64,000 nucleotides of DNA from Hyalangium minutum (GTDB lineage Bacteria; Myxococcota; Myxococcia; Myxococcales; Myxococcaceae): assembly GCF_000737315.1 (NCBI RefSeq), contig NZ_JMCB01000032.1:1-64000 (forward strand), written 5' to 3'. This document shows positions 41,701 through 48,899 of this stretch, piece after piece. The notes beneath the pieces were generated by a model. It was not told where the DNA came from and ran no database searches. It saw only the letters and a list, made by a program, of their open reading frames with translations. The position numbers and the translations under genes were made by a program. Position 1 is the first letter of the stretch. Each line of letters starts with the position of its first letter.

Positions 41701-42750
41701 CCCCTGGGTCAGCGCCTTCTGGACAGCGAGGGGGTTGGCACCGGAGCGCAAGAAGAGCAGGGCCACCGAGCGGTTCTGCGACGAGGACGCGAGCGGTGCC
41801 GGAGTCGTGGGGGAAGCCGGTTTCCCGTGGGAGTGCTCGAGCGCCTGCCGAAGGGCCACTGCCAGAGCCCGGGCCGAGGTGTAGCGGCGGGAGCGCTCCT
41901 TGGCGAGGCAGCACAGCACCACCTCCTCCAGCGCCGCGGGCACGGTGGCCAGCTCCGAGGGACGCGGCGGCCGGCGGGAGATGTGGGACTGGAGAACATC
42001 TGCCGCCGGGCCGAAGAAGGGAGGCCGGCCCGTGAGCAGCTCGTAGAGGATGACGCCGGCGGAGTACACATCCGTCCGCTCGTCCAGATCCAGCCGTCCC
42101 GCGCACTGCTCGGGGGCCATGTACTCGGCGGTGCCCGCGTGGGCGAGCGCCGAGGCCGTGTGGGCCTCGGGCGTGTCGGAGAACGGCTTTCTCGCCAGGC
42201 CGAAGTCGAAGAACCCCACGGTCCTCCTCGCCTGATCCAGGAAGATGTTCTCCGGCTTGAGATCACAGTGGATGAAGCCGCGGCGATGCACGGTGTCGAG
42301 CGCCTCGGCCAACGCCAGCCCCCAGCGTCTCATCTCGGACGCCGGGTCGCGCGGCTGCGTCAAGTGCTCGGCCAGCAGCGGGTGCGCAATAAACTGCATG
42401 ACGATGTAGGCGGTGCCATCGCTCAGCCAGCCCGGCTCATACACCTCTGGCACGGTCGGTGGGCCAATGGTTCGCAGCGCCTCGAACTCCAGACCTGGCT
42501 CGTTTCCGCCTGAGATGTGCGCTTGGTGAAAGACCTTGATGGCGACTCGCAGGCCATCGCGCTGCCGCCGCGCGGCCAGCACCGTGCCGAAGCCTCCCCG
42601 GGAGATCGTGTACTCCAGCTCATAGTCGGCGATCTCCACCGCGGGCAGCGGAGGCCGGGAGGCGGTGAGCTCTCGGGCGGGAGAGGCCCCCTGAAGACAA
42701 AACAGGTGGCCCCCCTGCCAGCGCTGCCCGCATGTCAGGCAGCGCGGCAT
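38746..42750 (-). CDS. Ser/Thr kinase - degenerate cyclase-like domain - AAA/STAND ATPase - TPR protein
   Basis: N-terminal CLTC..C; SRGGFG, HCDLKPEN, DFG, YMAPE; LVGRQGEL, Walker A GERGHGKS (41203-41226), Walker B LLLLDDAH; TPR-like C-terminus; no TM seen. Start reassigned to ATG 42750. Confidence 0.88.
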   Translation of the reverse strand: MPRCLTCGQRWQGGHLFCLQGASPARELTASRPPLPAVEIADYELEYTISRGGFGTVLAARRQRDGLRVAIKVFHQAHISGGNEPGLEFEALRTIGPPTVPEVYEPGWLSDGTAYIVMQFIAHPLLAEHLTQPRDPASEMRRWGLALAEALDTVHRRGFIHCDLKPENIFLDQARRTVGFFDFGLARKPFSDTPEAHTASALAHAGTAEYMAPEQCAGRLDLDERTDVYSAGVILYELLTGRPPFFGPAADVLQSHISRRPPRPSELATVPAALEEVVLCCLAKERSRRYTSARALAVALRQALEHSHGKPASPTTPAPLASSSQNRSVALLFLRSGANPLAVQKALTQGGGQLAFREGTRFAAVFDPESEPNPLQRARLCAERLSTEGLAATALLDVGMVRVQRRPQGPPRYMTPLLSRADRYPTEEGPPTLLLTTAAMEGLPNLSCMPVPGRQGLFRQIRSAAREDSSVVHLGHGVLVGRQGELAELVRGARATVEERAPALTSVLGERGHGKSHLATALVQLLKEQLPEARVVSLRAREPVHGDQEGPLRLLLREALGESSQSKEGETTSRARCVELLGENLAHEIWPAVAFYLGWGSSTELRSLAAAPGALHSLAVRATGELLAASARTRPLLLLLDDAHFAEDVALDALEYATRAESKSALWVCVLARSGFERTRPQWASRAARHFILKLGPLPLPDAMELFRTGLFPAQNVPSEALEKLAERAQCTPLFIVELARGLKRQGLVRQRPGGSWLLATDELERMPELRLVEWLVQHELSALPTELIAHARLCALLGGDFTLDEVEGVVSALEREDGAADFPLDARHASRRLVELGLLVEQPDEGLRFRNELIRQEVARSLSEQQRWRLHHAAHLFYMKASAVEQRLLPRLAFHAASAGLLSEAAALYIDLAEAARNRHAYLEAEATYSRILELLPETEDPRCLTSLRGRGLMRYRVGRYEDSLEDLAHARRMANQLGNAAEEVEVLLDEATALDWSNDYARSEERVIEAMEVATFALLDTPLLQMRLMMGLGRSQLRRGQWEKAREVLMSAATLARNLGDAGYESHVVCLLLLGHILPNLGRIDEAERVLEESITISAARGDRLHLGSAINNRRNLWVARNNLRRAVEDQEQFKQLGRELGMTGWEYFAEINLGELYFQAGDTQAAAPHVARAVELEQKHPEVAPRPWGRLLHARVLAYEGKEEQARQVLDAIRQVMAERKEEKFSPPETVLFSLVELSARPASPEEWRELQERSNAYSVEQEPLEVLEVQALARLRRGERQEAIRLLQEALVRAEQMPNIMRSRLRHSLEQALGSEARESREELPPPGPH

Positions 42751-42853
42751 GGTGTTCTCCCCAATGCCAGACAGGACCCACGTACGGCAGGCTGCCGGAT
42801 GTTCCCCCCCCGCATCGTCATGGGGGGCATCATACCTCACACGCCGGGTGACT

Positions 42854-43870
42854 TCATGGGCAGGGCCCACAATCCATGCAGCTGTCCGGAGTGAACCCCG
42901 TGCCACAGGACTCGCTGATCTGGCAGACGCCATCCCCACAGACATTGATGTCCGAGAGCTGGATCCGCGTGGTGATCGCCGGGTAGGCCTTCCCGTTGTA
43001 GCTGCACGTCACGTAATAGTTGTTCTGGAGGTCCGGCTTGCAGATCTCCGAGCAGGGGTCGACCTGATGGATGGGGGGGCACTTGTCCCCGGTGCCCGGC
43101 GTCTTCAGGCCGCAGGCCCTCACGCTGCTCTTGTCGGTGGACAGGCGGGCGTCACTGCCCGCGTAGACGCCCTCGCCATTGAAGATGTTGCCGAAGAAGC
43201 AGGCCTCTCGCTGGGCGAAGGTGGTGAACTCATGCGTTCCCACGGGGATCGGCGTCCCCAGGGCATCCCTCCCCTGGATCGAGATGTCCACCGCGCGGCC
43301 GTATTTGTTGGTGTACGCCGCCATGCAGGCCGTGATGAGCTGCTGCTCGAGCTCGGTGGCGGGCAGGCCGCTGGCCCAGCCCGGGGTCAGACCCCACTTT
43401 CCATTCCAGACGTATTGGATGCCCGTGGTGGGGTTGGTCCACGTGCGGCTGCTCCCATCCGAGATGCCACAGTCCACCACGTAGTGCATGACCATATTCG
43501 CCAGGGAGACATCCTGGTTGAACCAGGTGATGAACGCGCTCGTATTCATCGCGTTGGTGATCAATCCCGAGGTGCTCAAGCCGTTGGTAGCCATTCCATT
43601 GGTAGCCATTCCATTGGTAGCCATTCCATTGGTGGCCATTCCAGTTTTGCTTGGAGAATTGAGCAAGTCGCTCTTGCTGCCGAGCACCGGTGAGGCGGTG
43701 TCTGGCAACTCCTGCGCTGAGCCCTCTTCTTCCCAGGCGGGCTCTCCGCAGCCTCCTGCCAAAAAGCCGAGCAGCACCGCTGCCGGCAGGGTGGAACATA
43801 CACTTCGGCCGTACCGCGAACCGCGGTTCATCCAACGATCTGGTGTCATCTGACCCCCCAGTACTGCCAT
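42854..43870 (-). CDS. Cys-rich putative lipoprotein with GMATN pentapeptide repeats (start may be 43831)
   Basis: Hydrophobic LPAAVLLGFLAGGC; (GMATN)4; many Cys; C-terminal CGDGVCQISESC...CMDCGPCP. Confidence 0.8.
   Translation of the reverse strand: MAVLGGQMTPDRWMNRGSRYGRSVCSTLPAAVLLGFLAGGCGEPAWEEEGSAQELPDTASPVLGSKSDLLNSPSKTGMATNGMATNGMATNGMATNGLSTSGLITNAMNTSAFITWFNQDVSLANMVMHYVVDCGISDGSSRTWTNPTTGIQYVWNGKWGLTPGWASGLPATELEQQLITACMAAYTNKYGRAVDISIQGRDALGTPIPVGTHEFTTFAQREACFFGNIFNGEGVYAGSDARLSTDKSSVRACGLKTPGTGDKCPPIHQVDPCSEICKPDLQNNYYVTCSYNGKAYPAITTRIQLSDINVCGDGVCQISESCGTGFTPDSCMDCGPCP
43581..43640 (-). repeat. 15-bp tandem repeat x4 encoding GMATN
   Basis: CCATTGGTAGCCATT-type units at 43581, 43596, 43611 and 43626. 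Confidence 0.9.
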
Positions 43871-43905
43871 GACTCTGCTTACGCAGAGGTGCTACTGCAG
43901 TCTGC

Positions 43906-45285
43906 TCAACCAGAGCAGGTGCGTCGTGCGTCGTGCGTCAGAGAGAAGCCGCTGGCATCCCTGAGAACCCAGCCAGCGGTGTCCGCCAAGGGACCGCCGG
44001 TGATCTCAATGCCATCCGCGTCTCCATGCGCCTCGACCTGTCCCACGTGAACACAGACATGAACATTCACACGCGATTCGGCTACCCGTGTCTGTGCATG
44101 TTGATGAAGCTCTCGCGCTACGGCCAACAGCGCGGACGGCTCCACCTCGGGGGATTCATCGAGCAGACGAACTCCCAGCAACGTCATCCCCGTCTGCTCG
44201 GCGAGGATGAAGCCCGTGTCGCGCAGCTCCTGCTCCAGCGCGTCGAGCACGTCACTCACGGTGCTGTAGGCCGCATCGTCCTCGGCTCCTTCGGAGATGA
44301 CGGCCTCCGCATGAAGGACGAAGGCGCGGGCGCTCCGGCTGCCCGTGGGATTCTGGATGGCAGCCCCGGGAGCCACCGCGTCGCGGAGCGCGGCGATCAG
44401 GGCGGTGACCGTCTGGAAGCGCCGGCTCGCTTCCTTTTCCAGGCACCGCAGCACCACCGCATCCACCGCGGGGGACACGGGGACGAGGGCGCTGGGCCGG
44501 GGAGGAGGAACTTCCAGGTGCATGCGCTCCACCTCCAGCCGATTCTCCGACTGGAAGGGGTAGTGGCCCGTCAGCATCCGGTACAGCAGCACCCCGAGCG
44601 CGTAGATGTCTGTATAGGGACCAATGGTGCCTCCGCGGATCTGCTCGGGTGACATCGCATGGGTGGTGCCCAGCCGCTGGCCATCCGTCGTCAGGCCGGG
44701 CTGCCCGGGCTCGGGGTGGATGATCTTCGCGATGCCGAAGTCGAGCAGCTTCACCTGCGGCGGCTCTCCATCGGAGACCACCGCCACGTTGCTCGCCTTG
44801 AGATCCCGGTGCACCACGCCTTTCTCGTGGGCCGCCTCCAGCGCGGCGCAGACGGGCTCCAGGAACTCCAACGCGCGGGCCGGGGTGAAGCGGCCTCGCT
44901 CCAGCAGCAGGTGAGTGAGGGTCCGCGCCGGCAGCAGCTCCATCACGTAGTAAGGACTGCCATCCGGCAGAACGCCAAAGTCGTGAATGTCAACGATGTT
45001 CGGGTGGCGGATCTTGTTGATGACCTGCGCCTCACGCACGAAGCGCTGCAACATCTCGCCCTTGTCCGTGAGATGGGAGTGCAGCACCTTCACCGCTGCG
45101 CGCCGCCCGAGGATGCGATGCTCCGCCTCGAACACGGCGCCATGGCCCCCGAGGCCCACCACTGACCGCAGTACGTACTCGCCGGCCAGAGAGCCAGGGC
45201 CTAACTTCCACGCAGAGCGCGCCTCTCGTGAGAGGAGCGCCGTTGCACCGAGTGGGGGCGAGTCAGTGCCAGGCGTGTCTTGCAT
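43906..45285 (-). CDS. Cytoplasmic Ser/Thr kinase with C-terminal degenerate nucleotidyl-cyclase-like domain
   Basis: VGLGGHG, AAVKVL, HRDLKASN, DFG, MSPE; C-terminal VHVCVHVGQV resembles the cyclase GIHxGxV strand. Confidence 0.88.
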   Translation of the reverse strand: MQDTPGTDSPPLGATALLSREARSAWKLGPGSLAGEYVLRSVVGLGGHGAVFEAEHRILGRRAAVKVLHSHLTDKGEMLQRFVREAQVINKIRHPNIVDIHDFGVLPDGSPYYVMELLPARTLTHLLLERGRFTPARALEFLEPVCAALEAAHEKGVVHRDLKASNVAVVSDGEPPQVKLLDFGIAKIIHPEPGQPGLTTDGQRLGTTHAMSPEQIRGGTIGPYTDIYALGVLLYRMLTGHYPFQSENRLEVERMHLEVPPPRPSALVPVSPAVDAVVLRCLEKEASRRFQTVTALIAALRDAVAPGAAIQNPTGSRSARAFVLHAEAVISEGAEDDAAYSTVSDVLDALEQELRDTGFILAEQTGMTLLGVRLLDESPEVEPSALLAVARELHQHAQTRVAESRVNVHVCVHVGQVEAHGDADGIEITGGPLADTAGWVLRDASGFSLTHDARRTCSG

Positions 45286-45494
45286 GGCTTACATTTTACG
45301 GTCCCGTGACACGGCCCCTGCATTACCCAGGGGACGGGGGAAAGCGTCATCAACTTAACAGAACTGCCAAGGAGTTCTCCAGGGGGCTTGGTTTTTTCAC
45401 GGGGCGTGCGGCTTGGTGTCGGGCAGGAGACAGGGAAAGATCGGGGAAGGGGCCTGTGCGTTGCAATCCGAGCCCTCCCTGAAGTGGAGCTTCC

Positions 45495-46292
45495 TTGTCC
45501 CTGCGCCCGCTGACGCCTCCCGCCTCGCCGTCCGGCCCTCTCTCGGGGGTGTCGCGCTTCATCGGCGGCTTCCGCTGGGCCTTCATGCCCCTGGGGCTGT
45601 TGGCCCTCATCGCCGTGGGGGTCCACGCCGCCGCGGACACGCTGGACGAGCGGCTGCTGTCGCTGGTGGACATGCTGGACGCCGCGTTTGACCGGCTCGT
45701 GGGCTCCGCCACCTTCACCGAGGGGTTGGTGGACCTCATCTCGCTGGAGGAGCGCACCCAGATTGCCCGGGGCCTGGCCCTGGCGTGGGAGTTGGCCGTG
45801 GATCTGGTGCTGGCCCTGCCGGCGCTCGGCTACCGCGAGTCGAAGCACACCGAGGAGGAGCCCTGGAGGAAGTACCTCGCACAGGACACGCGTCCCACCT
45901 GGCGTCAGCTCTTCGCGCGCTTCTGGGAGAAGCCCACCACGCTGCGCTGGACGCGGCCGCTCGCCACGGCGGGCGTCGTCGTCGCGGGAGCGTGCGCGGT
46001 GGCCCGGCTCGTCCAGGGCACGGTGTATCTGTCCTGGCGCGGGCTGCTGGGGGAGGGCGCGGCGGACGCGGCGGCAAGAGGCCTGGCGCTCGGGGCGCTG
46101 GTGGGCATTCTCGCGACGCTCGGGTGGCGCGCGGTGCTGCGAAACCTGCAGCACGCGGACACCGTCTCCGAGGAGAACATTCGCGGCCGGTGGAAGGCCT
46201 TCTCGTATGGGCTCGTGGGCTCGGCGCTGGCGGTGCCCCTGGCACTCGCCGCGGCGCTGGATGCGTCTCCTGTCCTCTCCTTCTGGCGGTGA
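45495..46292 (+). CDS. Hypothetical integral membrane protein
   Basis: Several hydrophobic segments; 9 bp upstream of the M23 gene. Confidence 0.75.
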   Translation: MSLRPLTPPASPSGPLSGVSRFIGGFRWAFMPLGLLALIAVGVHAAADTLDERLLSLVDMLDAAFDRLVGSATFTEGLVDLISLEERTQIARGLALAWELAVDLVLALPALGYRESKHTEEEPWRKYLAQDTRPTWRQLFARFWEKPTTLRWTRPLATAGVVVAGACAVARLVQGTVYLSWRGLLGEGAADAAARGLALGALVGILATLGWRAVLRNLQHADTVSEENIRGRWKAFSYGLVGSALAVPLALAAALDASPVLSFWR

Positions 46293-46301
46293 GGTGGCCT
46301 C

Positions 46302-47312
46302 GTGTTCTCTCGTAACGCACGCGGCCTGCTCGACTTCCTGATGGCCTCGCTGTGCCTCTGGACGGCGTACCACCACACGCCCGCGGGTGCGCTGGTGCGG
46401 CGGGCCTCGGCCTGGGCCTTCAACACCCGGAGCACCGCCCGCCCCTTGCTGGCCTACTACGACGGGGTGAGCAGCACTGGCGTCACCACCTCCGCGCTCG
46501 TTCCCGAGGTACCCCTGGTGCGGCCCATCTCCGAGGCGGGCGCGCTGGCCTATGGGACGCACCTCGCGCTGAAGGGCCTGCAGCCGAAGGCGCAGAAGCC
46601 CGCTCTGGCGCTGGCCGCCGAGCTGGGCCTGTCCTCCGAGGCGCTGCTGGATGCTGCGAAGGGCCCCGTCACCGCGCGCAAGCTCCTGGAGACGCTGGAG
46701 GGAGAGTTCCCGAGCGAGGAGGCTCGCCTCACCGCCGTGTTCGCCGGACGCATCCCCGCGCGCTATGCGCTGGAGCGCGTCTCGGCGGAGGGGGGCTCGC
46801 CCACGCTGGAGCAGTTGGCGCGGCAGCTCCCTCCCGGATTCGAGGACGCGCAGGTGGCCGCGAACCAGGCGCTCGCGCTCACCACCGCGTTCGGGCTGGC
46901 GTGGCCCGTGCCGGAGAACACGCGTGTCGCCAGTCCCTTCGGCTACCGGGTCCACCCCACGTTGGGCTACCGCAAGCTGCACACGGGCGTTGACCTGAGC
47001 GTGCCCCAGGGCACTCAGGTGCACGTGGTGGATGACGGTGTGGTGCGCCGCGCGAGCGAGGATTCCGTGAACGGCCGGGTGCTCATCATCGACCACGGCC
47101 GGGGCGTGTCGACGGCCTACTGCCACAACTCGGAGTTGCTCGTGAAGGTGGGGCAGCGCGTGAAGCGGGGCGAGCTCATCGCGCATTCGGGCAACACGGG
47201 CCGCTCTACTGGGCCCCACCTCCACTATCAGCTCGAGCTGGCCTCGCAGCCCGTGGATCCGCTGCGCTTCCGCAGGGGCTCGCTCCCCGTGGCTGCCGGC
47301 TCGCGCCCTTGA
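46302..47312 (+). CDS. M23 family metallopeptidase
   Basis: SPFGYRVHP...HTGVD (HxxxD), YCHNS, GNTGRSTGPHLHY (HxH). Confidence 0.92.
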   Translation: MFSRNARGLLDFLMASLCLWTAYHHTPAGALVRRASAWAFNTRSTARPLLAYYDGVSSTGVTTSALVPEVPLVRPISEAGALAYGTHLALKGLQPKAQKPALALAAELGLSSEALLDAAKGPVTARKLLETLEGEFPSEEARLTAVFAGRIPARYALERVSAEGGSPTLEQLARQLPPGFEDAQVAANQALALTTAFGLAWPVPENTRVASPFGYRVHPTLGYRKLHTGVDLSVPQGTQVHVVDDGVVRRASEDSVNGRVLIIDHGRGVSTAYCHNSELLVKVGQRVKRGELIAHSGNTGRSTGPHLHYQLELASQPVDPLRFRRGSLPVAAGSRP

Positions 47313-47347
47313 GCACGGGGCGCGTTTCATGAGGCCGTGGGAGGGGA

Positions 47348-47403
47348 CGCTGACATGTCAGTCCCTGGCGCTGACATGTCAGTCCCTGGCGCTGACATGT
47401 CAG
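47348..47403. repeat. Three perfect CTGACATGTCAG palindromes at 21-bp period
   Basis: Palindromes at 47350-47361, 47371-47382 and 47392-47403 with identical TCCCTGGCG spacers; intergenic between M23 and mscS. Confidence 0.95.
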
Positions 47404-47522
47404 CTGCGCCCCCCTTGCCAGGAGAGCAGGGCGGCAGGCTGGGGGCACCGCGTTTGCTAATCCCCCGGAAGCACCGCTAGAACTGTCGGCCACTTCACTG
47501 TCACTCGCAGAGAACCCCCGTC

Positions 47523-48341
47523 ATGGAAGATCTCGTCAAGCAGTTCCAGTCCCTCGCGCTGACCGAGGCGTTGCCCTTCTTTCTCAAAATGGGCGGCGCT
47601 TTCATCCTGTGGTTCGTAGGACGTGCGATTATCAGCGGCTTCCGGCGCGTGCTGTCCCTGACGCTGCAAAAGCGCAAGCTGGACGCGACGCTGATCCGCT
47701 ACGTCGAATCCCTCTTCTCCGGCATCTTCACCATTCTCCTGCTGCTCGCTTTGCTGGGGCTGATCGGCATCGAGACCACCTCGTTCGCCGCGCTGCTGGC
47801 CGCGGCGGGCATCGCCATCGGCTCGGCGTGGGCCGGGCTGCTGGGCAACTTCGCTGCGGGCATCTTCTTGCTCGTCCTCCGCCCCTTCCAGGTGGGCGAT
47901 GAGATCAACGCAGCCGACGTCAGCGGTGTCGTGCACGAGATCGGCCTGTTCGTCACCGCCATCGACACGCAGGACAACCTGCGCATCTTCGTCGGCAACG
48001 GTCAGCTCTTTGGCGGCAACATCACCAACTTCAGCCACCACCCCCACCGCCGACTCACCATCAAGGTGCCGGTCATCCACGGCAGCGACATCGCGTCCGT
48101 CAAGCGCGCCCTGGCCGAGCATGTCGCGAAGGCCCCGGACGTGCTGGCCGAGCCGGCCGTCTCCATCGAGATCGCGGAGTTCGCGCTGGCCGGGCCCGTG
48201 CTCGCGGTCCAGGCCTGGTGCCGTCCCCAGCACGCCAACGCGGTGCAGGACGCCATGGGCCACGCCATCCAGGATGCCATGGTCTCGGCCGGGTACGCCG
48301 TTCCATTGAACTCGAACTGGATCCTTCCCAAGGCGGGTTGA
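47523..48341 (+). CDS. mscS: Small-conductance mechanosensitive channel
   Basis: TM helices, LLGNFAAGIFLLVLRPFQVGDEI, GVVHEIGLFVT, ITNFS. Confidence 0.92.
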   Translation: MEDLVKQFQSLALTEALPFFLKMGGAFILWFVGRAIISGFRRVLSLTLQKRKLDATLIRYVESLFSGIFTILLLLALLGLIGIETTSFAALLAAAGIAIGSAWAGLLGNFAAGIFLLVLRPFQVGDEINAADVSGVVHEIGLFVTAIDTQDNLRIFVGNGQLFGGNITNFSHHPHRRLTIKVPVIHGSDIASVKRALAEHVAKAPDVLAEPAVSIEIAEFALAGPVLAVQAWCRPQHANAVQDAMGHAIQDAMVSAGYAVPLNSNWILPKAG

Positions 48342-48396
48342 TCCTCGACAGCATCTCTGCTGACGGACCCTGGCGCCCGTGTTACTCCCGGGCGCC

Positions 48397-48855
48397 ATGT
48401 CCGCTCGCTTGACCCTCCAGGTCCTCCGCGTTCGTCCCAACCATCCCGATCCTCTGCCGCTCCCCCAGTACGAGACGGCCCTGGCCGCGGGCATGGACTT
48501 GAGGGCGGATATCGATGGCGAGCGGACGCTTCAGCCCCTGGAGCGCATGGCCGTCCCCACCGGGCTCGCCCTGGCGTTACCTCCCGGTTACGAAGCACAG
48601 GTGCGCCCCCGCTCCGGGCTGGCGCTCAAGCACGGCGTCACCATGCTCAACTCGCCGGGTACCATCGATGCAGACTACCGGGGAGAGGTCCATGCCATCC
48701 TGGTGAACCTCTCCCAGGAGCCCTTCACCCTTCGTCGAGGCGACCGAGTCGCCCAGCTCGTGGTGGCTCCTGTCACGACAGCGGAGCTACAGGAGGTCTC
48801 CGTCCTGGACACCACCCCCCGGGGGGAGGGTGGGTTCGGATCCACCGGCCGATGA
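48397..48855 (+). CDS. dut: dUTP diphosphatase
   Basis: [48 protein letters not shown]. Confidence 0.97.
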   Translation: MSARLTLQVLRVRPNHPDPLPLPQYETALAAGMDLRADIDGERTLQPLERMAVPTGLALALPPGYEAQVRPRSGLALKHGVTMLNSPGTIDADYRGEVHAILVNLSQEPFTLRRGDRVAQLVVAPVTTAELQEVSVLDTTPRGEGGFGSTGR

Positions 48856-48899
48856 TGGTTCGTTCCTTGCTGGTCTGGGAGGGGGCAGGATAAGAGGGA

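Noticed and set aside
38746-45285. Prophage, ICE or transposon explanation for the accessory blocks
   Set aside because: No integrase, transposase, terminal inverted repeats or phage genes are recognisable in the window.
47348-47403. Mini-CRISPR array
   Set aside because: Spacers are 9 bp and identical, the repeat is only 12 bp, and there are no cas genes.
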